Shown: positions 39,994 to 51,899 of the stretch, one piece after another | How positions within the stretch are numbered: position 1 is the stretch's first letter | Layout of the letters: each line of letters starts with the position of its first letter | From: Leptospira sp. | Lineage (GTDB): Bacteria > Spirochaetota > Leptospiria > Leptospirales > Leptospiraceae | Assembly: GCA_034439575.1 (NCBI GenBank) | Contig: JAWXAQ010000036.1 | Location: 32,001-96,000, forward strand | DNA length: 64,000 nucleotides | Direction: 5' to 3' | Translations under genes and position numbers: made by a program | Notes under the pieces: model-generated | Told to the model about the DNA's origin: nothing | Databases searched by the model: none | The model's input: only the letters and a program-made list of their open reading frames with translations

Positions 39994-40929
39994 TTGAAAA
40001 TTATCAGATCCATAGATTCTTTGTCTGGACTCTTTCCGAATGGATCTGCTCTCACTCTAGGCAATTTTGATGGTATCCATTTAGGCCATCAAACACTTCT
40101 TCAAAAAACCGTCGAACAATCAAAAATCTTACATATTCCTTCTGTTGTTGTCACATATTATCCAAATCCTTCGGTGGTCCTTGGCAAACGACCCAATTTT
40201 AAATATTTGACTCTAGAAGAAACAAAAGAGCATCTTATTTCTTCATTTAACATTGATTATCTTTTGGTTCTTGAATTTACAGAAGAATTATCAAGAATGT
40301 CTGCGGAAGATTTTTTAGAAAAAATAATCATACAAAAACTAAATGCCAAGTACATTGTGATCGGATACAATCACTTTTTTGGTGCTAATAGAAGAGGTGA
40401 CATTCATCTATTAGAGGCCAATACACAAAAGTTTGGTTATACGGTCGAATTGAAAGATGCAGTATTGAACGGTGATAAAAAAATATCTAGTTCTGAAATA
40501 CGGAAGTATTTAGAAATCGGTGATGTGACTTCTGCCAATTTACTACTCGGTCGTCCTTTTTTTCTAGAAGGTATAGTGAAGGAGGGTGACAAAAGAGGTA
40601 GAACCATCGGATACCCGACTGCAAATTTGGAAATTCACAAAGATGTATTACTTCCTGCAATTGGAGTTTATGCAAGTTATACGATAGTCGATGGAAATAA
40701 ATATATTTCTATGACAAATGTCGGAAAGAATCCAACTTTCGATGGACATAGTATGCATATCGAAACAAACATATTTGATTTTTCAGAAGAGATTTATAAT
40801 AAAAAGATTCAAGTGCAATTATTACATAAAATCAGAGACGAAGTGAAGTTTGCTGGTATCGAAGAACTTAAAAAACAATTAGCGAAAGATAAAGAAGAAA
40901 CATTAATGTATTTAAAGAAGTTTGATTAA
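39994..40929 (+). CDS. ribF: Bifunctional riboflavin kinase / FAD synthetase
   Basis: GNFDGIHLGH, ISSS.IR, GRTIGYPTAN, N.G.NPTF, R.E.KF. Confidence 0.96.
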   Translation: MKIIRSIDSLSGLFPNGSALTLGNFDGIHLGHQTLLQKTVEQSKILHIPSVVVTYYPNPSVVLGKRPNFKYLTLEETKEHLISSFNIDYLLVLEFTEELSRMSAEDFLEKIIIQKLNAKYIVIGYNHFFGANRRGDIHLLEANTQKFGYTVELKDAVLNGDKKISSSEIRKYLEIGDVTSANLLLGRPFFLEGIVKEGDKRGRTIGYPTANLEIHKDVLLPAIGVYASYTIVDGNKYISMTNVGKNPTFDGHSMHIETNIFDFSEEIYNKKIQVQLLHKIRDEVKFAGIEELKKQLAKDKEETLMYLKKFD

Positions 40930-41679
40930 ATGATAGTTGATTCCTTTTCTACGAATTTTCCCTAATATTTTAGTATTTTTGTTTTCAGCTAACAACATAT
41001 GATTGATAGAGTCTTTGGAAATCGCCCAGTCTTCCAACAATTCATCAAAATAAAATCCCTCTTCTTTTACACCTGAAGATTTAATCAGTAAAATATTTTT
41101 TCGGATCGGATCATCATCTTCCTTTAAGGGAAAGCCTGGTCCTGGAAACAAAGGAATGGATTTTCCTTTCAAAGTTAACATTGATTTGTAAGCTGGAATA
41201 TTTTTTAAAATACGATAAGGTCGTTTAGGAATTAAAAAATAAATGCCTCCGGTTTTGAATGAGGTAAATATTTCTTTGCCATCTAAATCTATTTTTTGTT
41301 TGGTTAAATTTGTTCCTGTTAGGTTTTTAGCAACTTTTGTAATTCTATTTTTTAAAGCAGAATCCAAAAACTCTATGCGATCCTCACTTTTAATTTTTTC
41401 TAATATGTGATAAATCCCATCAAATTCTTCTTTCACATAACCTTTTTTGATTTTTAAGGTATGATACAAAACTTGGAGTTTTTTGACTCTTTGGAGAAAA
41501 TAAGCAGAATTGTTTTGCTCTGCGAGAAGATTCATTTGTTTTAATGAATCTTCAATTGTATCCAAAAATTCACTTCCCTCAACGATTATTTTTTCAAAAT
41601 CAATGACTGCTTGTTCTAAACGAATTTTCTCTGTAAAAAAAAGATTACTACTCGTGACTTTTTTAGAGGGAACGCCCAT
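40912..41679 (-). CDS. Hypothetical protein coupled to rodA
   Basis: 255-aa ORF whose start overlaps the rodA stop. Confidence 0.7.
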   Translation of the reverse strand: MGVPSKKVTSSNLFFTEKIRLEQAVIDFEKIIVEGSEFLDTIEDSLKQMNLLAEQNNSAYFLQRVKKLQVLYHTLKIKKGYVKEEFDGIYHILEKIKSEDRIEFLDSALKNRITKVAKNLTGTNLTKQKIDLDGKEIFTSFKTGGIYFLIPKRPYRILKNIPAYKSMLTLKGKSIPLFPGPGFPLKEDDDPIRKNILLIKSSGVKEEGFYFDELLEDWAISKDSINHMLLAENKNTKILGKIRRKGINYHLIKLL

Positions 41680-43193
41680 TAGTTGGCAAACTTTCTCTTT
41701 TTAATAGATAATATAATTCCAACGGCTGTCATTGCCATCACCAAGTGTGACCCACCATAACTCATAAATGTAAGTGGAACGCCTGTTACTGGCAGTAATC
41801 CAATCACGATGCCAACATTTATCGCAATATGAAAAAATATCATGGCAACGATTCCTGCCGCAAGTAATGATCCAAATCTATCTTTACTTTCAAAACTTAT
41901 TTGCAAGCCTCGAAGAGGTATCGACATTAGAAAAAATAATAATAATACACTACCGATAAAACCCGTTTGCTCTGCCCAGGATGCGAAGATAAAATCTGTT
42001 CCCGCCTCTGGTACATGGGGAACTCTCCCTTCTGTCATCTCACCATGAAATAATCCTTTGCCAAAAACTTTTCCTGAACCAACAGCAGGTTTTGAGGCAC
42101 GAAGTTGATAACCTGCTCCTTGTTTGAACTGATCAGGATTTAAAAATGCAGTGAGTCGAATCACTTGATTTTCACGGAAAGGAATCGATTTATGAACAGC
42201 CATCGCAGAAAGAATAGAGAGACCGATGATACCAATCGGAATATAATATTGACGAATGGCTTTAGATCCGCGAGCGATTCTGATTCCAATCATTGTTAAA
42301 CTAACGAGTAGTAAAATGGCCCCCAAACTAATCATAAATGGTTCGTTTGAAAGTATTTTAAAACCGATGCTACCATATTCATCTTTGACAGTATCCGCAG
42401 CTTCTCGTATTAGTTGTAAATTTTTTTGATTTTGAAAACCAGGCATTTCAATTCCTGATATTTTTTTACCTTCAATGATTGGCCATACTTTGCCTTGGAC
42501 TTGACTGACGAGGGAAACTAATTCGAGTTTATTTTCTTTTCTTAATAAATCAATCAATGGTTGAACCAATGTTAATTTATAATAAGCTAAATACATGGGA
42601 ACGATCAAAGAAATACTACCAAATGTTAATAGGGAGCCAACATGAAGGATGTCAGCACCACCGAGAAATAACATGGTAAATAACATCGGTAAAAAGGAAA
42701 CGGCTGTTCCAAAGTCGGGTTGCAAAATGATAAAAAGCATGGGAACCAAACAGATTATAAATGGAACAATCAATACCGTGATTTTGTGCATTTCTTTTTC
42801 GCGTAACACAAGGTATTGACCTAGCAAAATAACTGTGGCAAGTTTTGAAAATTCGGATGCTTGTAAGGTAATAGGTCCGAGTTTTAACCATGATCTAGCT
42901 CCACGGCCAGATGGTAAATATCCAATCCCAGGAATCAATGTTAGTATCAGTAACAATATAGAAAACAGATATATAAAAAGTGCATAAGAACCAATCAGTT
43001 GATAGTTGATTCTAGACATAAACCACATACTGCCTAAACCAACAAAGAAAAATATAAATTGTTTATACCAACGTCCCAATCCATCTGCGGTATTTGCTTC
43101 TTGGGTATAAAGAGTGAGTACGCCAGCAAGTGCCACAAGGCACACTGAAAAAATTAGAAAAAAATCCAGCTTCTCTGTGTTACGTTCTGCCAT
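41679..43193 (-). CDS. rodA: Peptidoglycan glycosyltransferase RodA (SEDS)
   Basis: GARSW...[34 protein letters not shown]. Confidence 0.95.
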   Translation of the reverse strand: MAERNTEKLDFFLIFSVCLVALAGVLTLYTQEANTADGLGRWYKQFIFFFVGLGSMWFMSRINYQLIGSYALFIYLFSILLLILTLIPGIGYLPSGRGARSWLKLGPITLQASEFSKLATVILLGQYLVLREKEMHKITVLIVPFIICLVPMLFIILQPDFGTAVSFLPMLFTMLFLGGADILHVGSLLTFGSISLIVPMYLAYYKLTLVQPLIDLLRKENKLELVSLVSQVQGKVWPIIEGKKISGIEMPGFQNQKNLQLIREAADTVKDEYGSIGFKILSNEPFMISLGAILLLVSLTMIGIRIARGSKAIRQYYIPIGIIGLSILSAMAVHKSIPFRENQVIRLTAFLNPDQFKQGAGYQLRASKPAVGSGKVFGKGLFHGEMTEGRVPHVPEAGTDFIFASWAEQTGFIGSVLLLFFLMSIPLRGLQISFESKDRFGSLLAAGIVAMIFFHIAINVGIVIGLLPVTGVPLTFMSYGGSHLVMAMTAVGIILSIKKRKFAN

Positions 43194-45130
43194 TAAAATG
43201 CTTCCTCCTCAACAGGAGCTTCTTCTTCCATCGTTTTGACTCTTGATCTATCCGTTCTCGGATAAGAGCCAGGAGGAAACGCGGCTTTAAATATTTCACG
43301 TGCGGCTGGAGCAGCAGAGGCAGCTCCACCTACTCCGTATTCAACGAATGTAGCAACTAATATTTGTTTTTCTGGAGGTGCATTGAAAGGCGCATAACCG
43401 ATAAACCAAGCGTGGTTTGAAGAGGATGCACCACGTCGTCTTGTTTGTGCTGTTCCTGTTTTACCTGCCACTTCCGGCAAACCAGGAGCATTTAATACAC
43501 CCGAAGCAGTTCCAGAATAACCTACTAAATACAATCCTTCTTTGATCGCTTCCACAGTAGATTTTTTAAGAGGTACATCTCTGAGAATAGAAGGTTGTGT
43601 TTTTTGAATGATTGAATTATCAAGTGGGCTACGTATTTCAGATATTAAGAAAGGTTTATAAATTTTTCCATTGTTGATGATGGCCATAAAAAACAATGCC
43701 ATCTCAATCGGTGTCACGGAAATAAATCCTTGTCCAATCGACAAGTTTACAGTATCACCGTCGAACCATTTGTTTCCGTAAGTTCTTTTTTTCCATTCTG
43801 AACTCGGCACAAATCCAGTAATTTCCCCAGGTAAATCGATCCCAGTTTTCTTTTCTAGACCAAATAATCTCGAATAGGCGAGAATTGGTTCGGCACCTAA
43901 CTTGTATCCTAATTGATAAAAGTAAACAGAATTTGATTTTTCTATCGCTTGGGCAAGAGTTAACTCCCCATGATTTTTTTTATCCCAATTGTAAAAAACT
44001 TGATCAGGTACACCTTTAAAAGTTGATTTTAAAGTAAAATTCGCAGGGCAAGAAAAAGTTTGTTTAGGATCATAATTAATTTTGTGTTCACTTTCCATAG
44101 CTGCAAGTGCTACTAACACCTTAAAGGTGGAGGCTGGAGGAAATTTTGATTGGATGGCAAGATTTAAAAAACCACCGTTATTAGAAACTCGACCAAAATG
44201 ATTTGCTCTTTCTTGTTTATTTTTACCAGAAAGAATATTTGGGTCATAAGATGGGTTAGACGCCATAGCCAAAACTTCGCCCGTTGTCGGCCTTAGAGCA
44301 AGCACTGTGCCTCGGACTCCTTTTAATGCTCGGTAGGCGGCGATTTGGAGATCGCGATCTATGGTGAGAATTAAATTGTTTCCTGGTATCGCATGTTCGA
44401 TGACACGTTCTTCTTCAATATTTCCTTCGGTATTTCTTTTTTGAATACGGAACCCATCTTGCCCACGTAGAATCGTATCATATAAAGATTCGATTCCTCC
44501 TTTACCGACAAGCTGGTAAGATTTTATCTCTTTCTCTTGGATATCGTTTGTTGTGGGTTTTCCCACATAACCAGAGACATGTGCGAGAGCTGGTCCCATA
44601 TGATAGATTCTCGCAGGAGAGGAAACGAGATATACAAAACGATTTATATTATCTAAAACTAATATACGTTCTTGTTGTTCACGAGATATCCCTTCTAATA
44701 AAATAAAGGGTTCTCTGGATCGAATTTTTTTAATTAAACGACTTTCTTGGAGGTCTTTTTCAAAGTAAGCCAGTGGAATGGACAAGGCTTCACAAAATTT
44801 GATTATGTATTCTTTTACTTTTTTAGGATCGTTTTTTAACAAATTCGTATTTAATATCACATCAAGTGAAGCAGAATTTGAAACTAAAGGCTGGGAAGTT
44901 TCTGGTGTGATAAAATTTCGATCAAAAATTTGACCTCTATCTGCGGGAATGGATTCACTTCGCCGAACAAACCTTTCTGCTTTGAGAGAATTCTCACTTC
45001 CTTGTACGACTTGTAAGTTAAACAATTGGAAAATGTATATAGAAAGTGTAAAAACGATCATTCCAGTGAAGAAATAAAGTCTTCTTCGAAATGAACTTTC
45101 TAAACGAAACTCAGTGGCCGAACCACTCAT
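43193..45130 (-). CDS. mrdA: Penicillin-binding protein 2
   Basis: RG.IFDRN, STFK (SxxK), SNSVYF, KTGT. Confidence 0.95.
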   Translation of the reverse strand: MSGSATEFRLESSFRRRLYFFTGMIVFTLSIYIFQLFNLQVVQGSENSLKAERFVRRSESIPADRGQIFDRNFITPETSQPLVSNSASLDVILNTNLLKNDPKKVKEYIIKFCEALSIPLAYFEKDLQESRLIKKIRSREPFILLEGISREQQERILVLDNINRFVYLVSSPARIYHMGPALAHVSGYVGKPTTNDIQEKEIKSYQLVGKGGIESLYDTILRGQDGFRIQKRNTEGNIEEERVIEHAIPGNNLILTIDRDLQIAAYRALKGVRGTVLALRPTTGEVLAMASNPSYDPNILSGKNKQERANHFGRVSNNGGFLNLAIQSKFPPASTFKVLVALAAMESEHKINYDPKQTFSCPANFTLKSTFKGVPDQVFYNWDKKNHGELTLAQAIEKSNSVYFYQLGYKLGAEPILAYSRLFGLEKKTGIDLPGEITGFVPSSEWKKRTYGNKWFDGDTVNLSIGQGFISVTPIEMALFFMAIINNGKIYKPFLISEIRSPLDNSIIQKTQPSILRDVPLKKSTVEAIKEGLYLVGYSGTASGVLNAPGLPEVAGKTGTAQTRRRGASSSNHAWFIGYAPFNAPPEKQILVATFVEYGVGGAASAAPAAREIFKAAFPPGSYPRTDRSRVKTMEEEAPVEEEAF

Positions 45131-45642
45131 TGTCTTACCTCATCTGGCTCTAAACGAAATGCCCAAGTAAATAAGAAAAAGAGGGCAGGGCCAATAAAAG
45201 CATTGTAAAGAGATACATATAAAAACGAATAACTTTGGTTAGAGTGAAAAAACATCCAAAACAAAAGATAAGTGATGATTCTAGAAAAAAGTGTAAAACC
45301 AAATACGTAAATAGTTATCGAAATATAATTTTCTGTATAAGCATTGCGCGTCACTTTTCCAATGATATATCCGATCAAAGAGTAAGATAAGGAATGTAAA
45401 CCTATCTTATAATAAACCACATCATCAGGTCCGATCTCCCCACCTAATGCTGTATCTGCGAGAAGTCCTCCGATAAAACCCAACCAAAGTCCATACATCG
45501 CACCTTTTCTAAACGCAAAAAAGATGACAAATATGATCATAAAATCTGGTCGAATCGCATTACCAAGTTCAAACAAATTAGACCCATTTAAAAAATGAGA
45601 TAACAACATTCCGATGATAATGAAAACTTTTTCTAAGATCAT
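45127..45642 (-). CDS. mreD: Rod shape-determining protein MreD
   Basis: Hydrophobic, RPDF...G...GFIGGLL.D; lies between mreC and mrdA. Confidence 0.92.
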   Translation of the reverse strand: MILEKVFIIIGMLLSHFLNGSNLFELGNAIRPDFMIIFVIFFAFRKGAMYGLWLGFIGGLLADTALGGEIGPDDVVYYKIGLHSLSYSLIGYIIGKVTRNAYTENYISITIYVFGFTLFSRIITYLLFWMFFHSNQSYSFLYVSLYNAFIGPALFFLFTWAFRLEPDEVRQ

Positions 45643-46787
45643 GGTGTTACCTCCGTATTGCCTGTGTCTGGCGGTGACGTAACTGGGATATTCTCAATTG
45701 GAGTTTCAGGTTTAATCGTAGACCTTTGTGGATTTAATATTGGTTTTTTAGGAGAATTGGACTTTTGAGAATTGTAATCTTTTTCTTTTGGAAAATCGAT
45801 TTCACCAAAATAAGGGCCTTCGATCTGAATTGTTTTTTCCGCAGGCCACTCTTCTCTCCATTTTTCTGGTAATTTTTTTAGAACGATCACATTTAATAAT
45901 TTGTCAAATTCTACAAATGGTCTCACATAAGCCGTCTTAAACGATCCGTTTCTCGCACCTTCTTCGATGATGATACCAACTGGAATTCCTTGTGGATAAA
46001 CTCCGGAACCACCAGAACTAAATACTGGTTTTCCAATTTTACTAAAACCTTCTGTAAAAAAAGTATTTCCTGTGTTAGCTTGCGTTGGGCCCATGGGAAA
46101 AGTTCCTATGGCTTTCGGATCTATCACAATTCCAGAATCTATATAATCTAATAATACATCTGTTCCTCGTCCACTATTGCCTGTTAATGAGGCCCATAAG
46201 TTTGTTCCTGGGACAGAAACACCCATAGAAAAATTTGAGTTGATCAAAGGTTGCACAACAGCCGATCCTTTGGAAACAGCGATGATTTTTCCAACAAGGG
46301 CTTCTGTGAATCGTCCTTTATCATCTAGCGCCCGTGCTACGACTGGCATGTATGGTTTGATTCCGACTTCTGATCCTTTGTTAATAATAATTGTTCTATA
46401 AATGGAATTCAATCGAACACTAAGAACTTCTGCGCGGACTGCTGGATAATCTGTACGAATTGGAAAATTAAGCTCTTGTCTAAGGATTGCATTCTCAGCC
46501 TTCAAACGATCCACGTCTTTGGAGAGTTGGCGGTATTCTTCCATAACATTTAAACATGAGTCTCGTTCTTCACGAACTCTCTCGAACGACTCTAGTTTGT
46601 TATATGAACTTTTAATCAAACTTCCGAATGAGTCAAAGGAACCTGAAAAAAAATCGCCGACCCCTTGGAACGTGGCGATGCCTTTTACCATGAAATTTCC
46701 ATTCCAGATAAGTGAGGTAAAAGAAAAAATAAGGACAAACCCAATCGAAAGGGCCTCTCCATTTCGGCTATATCGGTTCCAAATCAT
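45639..46787 (-). CDS. mreC: Rod shape-determining protein MreC
   Basis: TM helix, coiled coil (LKAEN..LR..L), IINKGS..GI...MPV, SG.GGVYP.GIPVG. Probable start ATG 46787. Confidence 0.93.
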   Translation of the reverse strand: MIWNRYSRNGEALSIGFVLIFSFTSLIWNGNFMVKGIATFQGVGDFFSGSFDSFGSLIKSSYNKLESFERVREERDSCLNVMEEYRQLSKDVDRLKAENAILRQELNFPIRTDYPAVRAEVLSVRLNSIYRTIIINKGSEVGIKPYMPVVARALDDKGRFTEALVGKIIAVSKGSAVVQPLINSNFSMGVSVPGTNLWASLTGNSGRGTDVLLDYIDSGIVIDPKAIGTFPMGPTQANTGNTFFTEGFSKIGKPVFSSGGSGVYPQGIPVGIIIEEGARNGSFKTAYVRPFVEFDKLLNVIVLKKLPEKWREEWPAEKTIQIEGPYFGEIDFPKEKDYNSQKSNSPKKPILNPQRSTIKPETPIENIPVTSPPDTGNTEVTP

Positions 46788-46948
46788 GGATATTATGTCA
46801 CATGAAATAGAAGGGAAAGAAAAATTCAAGTAGTTATCTTTATTGCAATATTTTGACCAAAGAATTCGCAATTTACTGCTTTACAATGCCCAAAGTCGTT
46901 CCTACACTTCACAAGTTTTGAAGGTAATCTTTGAGAGATAAATGATTC

Positions 46949-49900
46949 ATGTATTCTTTGATTAATTGGCTTGAATCTGTTTTTTTGGGAATTCCTTTGC
47001 CCTTATTAGAAGTTTGGGGGCGTTTCGGATACATTCTTGGTTTATTTATCATGATTGTCGCGTTTGGAGGGTTTACCTTTCGCCCTGGAGGTCGTTGGGG
47101 GTTTGGAAAGGAAAGACAATCTTGGGATCTTCGAGCACTTCTTAGCATTTTATTTACTATTTTTTTAGTTTTTGTCACGGGTTATCTGGGATCATTCCTC
47201 GTCCTAGTTCCCGGAGCCCAAACGTTTGAGTCTTTAAAGGACCTTTCTGTTTTTCTTTGCATCACTCTTTTTGGTTACCCAGCCCTCCTTGCGATTCCCT
47301 TTGTTTATGGTTTGTCAGATTTGATGGAAGGGGTACCACCCGAGTATCTTTGGGATTGGATACTTGGTTATTTTATCAACCCAGCTTGCTTTTGGATCGG
47401 ATACCAATTGATAGGACGTTCCCCTGATTTTCGAAAATTCAGTGTTTGGTTAAAGTATATCCTTTTCGTCGCCATTTTTATGTTAGTGGAGCCATTACTT
47501 TGGGGTTATCTCTGCTCGACTCAATTCACTCCTGAAATTTCTTATCGAACCATTACACCTGCTTTGTTTTTCACGACAGCGATCACTTGGGTAATTGCCC
47601 CCTTTGCAATGTTAGTTGCATTGCCTATTGCCAGGAAATACGGATTCTTTTGGGCAGAGATTCCTGGGCATGTAAAAGAATTTGTAATCAGTTGGAAGGA
47701 AGGAAAGTTTTCAAATCCAGATGAAGGGATTGATTCGGAACGTCCAACGCAAGGACTTCCGATTCGAATGTTTCTTGTGACTCCCTTTATCATTCTCGTT
47801 TTAGTAATGGTCGGTATCACAGCGTATCTGGCATTAAAAAATTCAGAGTTAGGCGCCGCTAAACTTGCGTCGAGATTACACGAAGAAATATCGAATCACA
47901 TACATTTTAGATTGGAAAACTATATAAAAGAAAATCCTGGAAAAATTTATCCCATACAAAAATCACAAATTCAATCTATCTTATCAAGTTCAACATTAAC
48001 ATCCGCAGGAAAGGCCTTTATTATTGATAGAAGAGGCCATTTGATAGCAACCTCAAATGCCAATTTGTCAAATGATAAATCGGAACTCGAAGTTTCTTTG
48101 GAATCTGAAAGGATCTATCAAAATATAGTAAAAAACTTAAATGAAAGATTTAGTGACTTAAGTTCGATTCAATCCCCGCATCAATTAACATTTGATATAG
48201 TTACAGCTAAACCATTGTCTAGACAAGTCTGGCTTATGCAAGTGACTCCATTTGATAACCAAACATTAGATTGGTTAATTGTGACTTCCATACCTTCATC
48301 TTATTATTTAGAAGGAGTCAATGCGGGAAATAGCCAAACGGCTATGGTATTCGCCATTGCACTTGTATTATCTTTGTTAATTGCAATTATTTTAGCAGGA
48401 ATTGTTGCAGGACCAATCAGAAAAATTACCATTGCTAGTCGTGAGATTGCAAAGGGAGATTTCAGCCAACGAGTTCCACTTAGTAACTTAGAAGAATTGG
48501 GCGCACTTGCTGTTTATTTCAATAATATGGCTTCCCAATTGCAAGATTCATTTTCTCGAACAAAAACTAGCGAATCCCGATTTCGTAATATAGCAGAAAC
48601 AATCGAAGATGTATTTTGGATCACTTCAACTAACAAAGAAAAAATTATTTATATCAGCAAAGCCTATGAAAAAATCTGGGGGAGATCATGTGAGAGTTTA
48701 TATGAAGATCCATACCAATGGGTGAATGCGATTCATGAAGATGATAGGGAAGCTGTTAGAATCGCCAGTATTAAACAAATTGCAGAAGAATATGACTTAG
48801 AATATAGAATCATTCGTCCAAATGGTGAAATCAGATGGGTTCGAGATCGAGGTTTCCCAGCGCAAGATTTGAATGGGGAATATACCCAAATCGTTGGTGT
48901 GGCGAGAGATATTTCGGAAGAAAAACGATTTGTTAAAATGATATTGGATTTAAATACAAATTTAGAAGCTAAAGTGTTGGAGCGAACTGAAGATTTACGT
49001 AAAGCAAATGAAGAATTGAAAAATGCATTTATAAAACAAGAATTGGTGATGACGGAATTGGAAAATACTCAGGATCACTTATTGCGTTCTGAAAAAATGG
49101 CCGCATTGGGTCAGTTAGCCGCCGGAATGACTCATGAATTAAAAACACCACTTGGTGCCATCGTTTCCTCAAATAGAGCTATATTAGAAATATTGAATGA
49201 AGATATTGATTTACTTTCTAGCACATTGATGTCCATGAGTGAAGAAGATGGAAGAGTATTTCGTAGTTTACTGAAGGATTGTATTTCTTTACTCGCATCT
49301 CCAGATAATTTTCCTTCTCGGGCACAAAGAAAACAAATGAGTGAAGATCTAAAAAATGTTGGAATAGAAAATGTTACTAAAGTAACAGAGATGATTTTGG
49401 ATCTTGGAATCTATCAAGTAAATGAAAAAATATTAGAACTTGTTAAAAGTGAGAATCATTTAAAAATTCTAAAATCATTATTATCAATTATTATTTTGAT
49501 TCGAATGAGCAAAGTCATATCACTTGCAACAGGTAAAGCAGCGCATGTAGTGGATGCATTAAAAAATTACTTAAGACCAAATGGTGATGCCCAAGAGATA
49601 GAAATGACTCAAGTTGATATTATCTCCGAAATTGAATCGATACTCACTCTCTATCACAGTAAGTTAAAACAAGGCATCGAGCTGATTAAAGATTATCAAA
49701 CGACTGCATTTTGTATAGGAAATGGGAATAAATTAAACCAAGTATGGATTAATTTATTAAATAATAGTTTGCAAGCCATGAATTACCAGGGTAAACTAGA
49801 GATAGTTGTTCGAGTAGAAAATCATTGGGTGGTCGTTTCCTTTACGGATTCAGGCCAAGGTATTCCTGAAGAGATAAAAAACAAAATTTTTGAACCATTC

Positions 49901-50062
49901 TTCACAACTAAGAAACATGGTGAAGGCATTGGATTGGGATTGGACATCACAAAAAAAATTATAAATCAGTTAGGCGGCAAAATTGAATTTGAAAGTGTTC
50001 CCGGGCGAACCAAATTTTCAGTTTTTTTGCGTCCTGCTGAATCAAAAATAGGAGGAGGCTGA
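46949..50062 (+). CDS. Multi-domain membrane sensor histidine kinase (N-terminal multi-TM domain, Cache-like, HAMP, PAS/PAC, HisKA, HATPase)
   Basis: PIRKI..AS..IAKGDF...ELG.LA..FN.M (HAMP), YRIIRPNGEIRWV.D (PAC), EKMAALGQLAAG..HELKTP, FEPFFTTK..GEG.GLGL. Confidence 0.9.
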   Translation: MYSLINWLESVFLGIPLPLLEVWGRFGYILGLFIMIVAFGGFTFRPGGRWGFGKERQSWDLRALLSILFTIFLVFVTGYLGSFLVLVPGAQTFESLKDLSVFLCITLFGYPALLAIPFVYGLSDLMEGVPPEYLWDWILGYFINPACFWIGYQLIGRSPDFRKFSVWLKYILFVAIFMLVEPLLWGYLCSTQFTPEISYRTITPALFFTTAITWVIAPFAMLVALPIARKYGFFWAEIPGHVKEFVISWKEGKFSNPDEGIDSERPTQGLPIRMFLVTPFIILVLVMVGITAYLALKNSELGAAKLASRLHEEISNHIHFRLENYIKENPGKIYPIQKSQIQSILSSSTLTSAGKAFIIDRRGHLIATSNANLSNDKSELEVSLESERIYQNIVKNLNERFSDLSSIQSPHQLTFDIVTAKPLSRQVWLMQVTPFDNQTLDWLIVTSIPSSYYLEGVNAGNSQTAMVFAIALVLSLLIAIILAGIVAGPIRKITIASREIAKGDFSQRVPLSNLEELGALAVYFNNMASQLQDSFSRTKTSESRFRNIAETIEDVFWITSTNKEKIIYISKAYEKIWGRSCESLYEDPYQWVNAIHEDDREAVRIASIKQIAEEYDLEYRIIRPNGEIRWVRDRGFPAQDLNGEYTQIVGVARDISEEKRFVKMILDLNTNLEAKVLERTEDLRKANEELKNAFIKQELVMTELENTQDHLLRSEKMAALGQLAAGMTHELKTPLGAIVSSNRAILEILNEDIDLLSSTLMSMSEEDGRVFRSLLKDCISLLASPDNFPSRAQRKQMSEDLKNVGIENVTKVTEMILDLGIYQVNEKILELVKSENHLKILKSLLSIIILIRMSKVISLATGKAAHVVDALKNYLRPNGDAQEIEMTQVDIISEIESILTLYHSKLKQGIELIKDYQTTAFCIGNGNKLNQVWINLLNNSLQAMNYQGKLEIVVRVENHWVVVSFTDSGQGIPEEIKNKIFEPFFTTKKHGEGIGLGLDITKKIINQLGGKIEFESVPGRTKFSVFLRPAESKIGGG

Positions 50063-50065
50063 GAT

Positions 50066-50470
50066 ATGGAAGATACAAATCAAAATCGTGCCATTGTTTG
50101 TGTAGACGATGAAGCTATACTCCTAATTGCTCTCAAACAAGAATTGAAAAAAACATTTGGCGATGATTACCAGTATGAGGTAGCACTCAATGCGAACGAA
50201 GGTATGTTACTTATAGATGACTTAGTTGAATCTGGCGTAAATATTTTATTGATACTTTCGGACTGGCTTATGCCAGGAATCAAAGGGGATGAATTTTTGG
50301 TACAAGTACATCGAAAATATCCTAACATTCGTTCCATTATGATTTCGGGCCATATTGATGATGCTGTGGTCGCGAAAGTAAAAAGAGAAGCTGGAACCTA
50401 TGAAGTTTTCCCAAAGCCTTGGGATGCGGCTAAATTGATAGCGGCTGTTAAGCATTGCTGTTTGAATTAA
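50066..50470 (+). CDS. Single-domain response regulator
   Basis: CVDDE, SDWLMPG.KGD, ISG, KPW; GGAGG RBS. Confidence 0.92.
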   Translation: MEDTNQNRAIVCVDDEAILLIALKQELKKTFGDDYQYEVALNANEGMLLIDDLVESGVNILLILSDWLMPGIKGDEFLVQVHRKYPNIRSIMISGHIDDAVVAKVKREAGTYEVFPKPWDAAKLIAAVKHCCLN

Positions 50471-50482
50471 TTCTTTAAAATT

Positions 50483-51124
50483 TTAATTCGCAGAAAATAA
50501 AATCTGATTGTGTGATATTTTTTGTGCTTTTCCGTTCAGGGAGATAATTCCGTGTCCAGGTCTATAAACAAATGTTTGTAAGTTGCCATAATTTGGCAGG
50601 GTCCTATATTTTTTGCCCTTGACCTTCAAGATCATTTGACCATCCAATTTTTCATAAACGCGAGCAAATCCAGAAAATTTATTTTGTCTATAGGCAACTA
50701 ACTCATCAGAATCAATATCAAATATTCCTTTAAATTCCTTTTTTTGATTCAAATTAGTTTTATTGTTATTATCTAATTTGCCAATTAATTCTAAATAAAG
50801 ATACGAATCTTCACTTTCTAGATTTACGAAATAATGAATGAGTTGATTTAATAAATTTGATTTTGTCCGAAATAAATGCTCTTGTTCTTTTAATTTTAAT
50901 TGAAAAAAGAAATGATGTAGGATTTTTTTTTCGCTAAGTTTGAGACCTCTTCGCGTCGCCAAACTATGTAGTTTGTACCAATTATACTTCGCATTTTCCA
51001 TTCGTTTGGAAAAGTACGATGTAACTTTTATAATTATATAAATAAATAATACAAATAAACAGAACTGAAAAAAACTAGTAATCCCAGATTTGGGCCAGAG
51101 CCAGATAACTTTTTCAGGTGGCAT
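50483..51124 (-). CDS. Single-TM hypothetical protein
   Basis: 213-aa ORF with one N-terminal hydrophobic helix. Confidence 0.6.
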   Translation of the reverse strand: MPPEKVIWLWPKSGITSFFQFCLFVLFIYIIIKVTSYFSKRMENAKYNWYKLHSLATRRGLKLSEKKILHHFFFQLKLKEQEHLFRTKSNLLNQLIHYFVNLESEDSYLYLELIGKLDNNNKTNLNQKKEFKGIFDIDSDELVAYRQNKFSGFARVYEKLDGQMILKVKGKKYRTLPNYGNLQTFVYRPGHGIISLNGKAQKISHNQILFSAN

Positions 51125-51164
51125 TCAATTTAAGAATTTGAAAAAATAGAATTTAAGTCAAGCA

Positions 51165-51797
51165 TCAAGAAACAAAATATTTGGTCAATAATTGGCGATT
51201 CAAAACTTTCAAATGCCCTTTTGTAGATTCTATGGCTCCAATATCTTTGAATTCTTTTAATGTACGTGAAAAAGTTTCTGCACGAATAAGCAACATAGAC
51301 GCTATTTGGTTGTGTTTCAGTTCTGGAAATTCATCAGGCATATAATATAAAAAATGTGCTACACGTTGTTGTGCATCCATTGTTAGGCTACGGTTAATTG
51401 TTAGATTAAGTGTCTGTAGTTTTTCCAATAAACATTGGATTAAAAAATGATTTATTTTTGGGTCATTCACTATGAGTTCACGTAAGGAATTGATAGGAAT
51501 GCGTGTCACTTTTCCATCACTGAAAAACCTGGCAGAGGCCGGATAATTAAAGTTACATAGACTTGCGAGTTCAGCAATTAAAGAGATAGGAGAAAAAAAA
51601 CCAAGAGTGATTTCATTAGAATTAGAATCATACTTAAATAATTGAAGATTTCCTTCTATCAGCAAATCAAGATATACTGGAGTTTCGCCTTCTTGAAATA
51701 GAAATTCACCCTTTTGATACGTTTGAACTTTCGCATTACCGAAGTGTTGTAAGATAATTTCTTCCGTTAGAGGTTCAAATAGTACGTTTTTGAGCAA
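51165..51797 (-). CDS. Crp/Fnr-family regulator without the FNR Cys cluster (DNR/NnrR-like)
   Basis: KGE.LF.EGE, YPASA, IASML.IR.ETFSR HTH; TTG start after AAGGA; divergent from norC. Confidence 0.88.
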   Translation of the reverse strand: MLKNVLFEPLTEEIILQHFGNAKVQTYQKGEFLFQEGETPVYLDLLIEGNLQLFKYDSNSNEITLGFFSPISLIAELASLCNFNYPASARFFSDGKVTRIPINSLRELIVNDPKINHFLIQCLLEKLQTLNLTINRSLTMDAQQRVAHFLYYMPDEFPELKHNQIASMLLIRAETFSRTLKEFKDIGAIESTKGHLKVLNRQLLTKYFVS

Positions 51798-51831
51798 TTT
51801 TAAATCCTTTTGCCATATAATTACGCAGCAA

Positions 51832-51845
51832 TTGATCTATATCAA
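51832..51845. promoter_or_regulatory. Perfect FNR/DNR box
   Basis: TTGAT-CTAT-ATCAA between the regulator and norC. Confidence 0.85.
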
Positions 51846-51899
51846 TGCAATTTCTTTGATTTCAGAAATAATATTGAGATCTGAAAAAAGGAGTGGCTA

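Noticed and set aside
46909-47178. 89-aa minus-strand ORF upstream of mreC as a possible mreB remnant
   Set aside because: No actin-fold motif (DLGT, DIGGGT). It is antisense to the kinase N-terminus.
51775-51816. Out-of-frame ATG at 51816 giving a 13-aa ORF over the Crp/Fnr start; possible frameshift
   Set aside because: The TTG at 51797 has its own AAGGA RBS and gives a full-length regulator, so no frameshift is needed.
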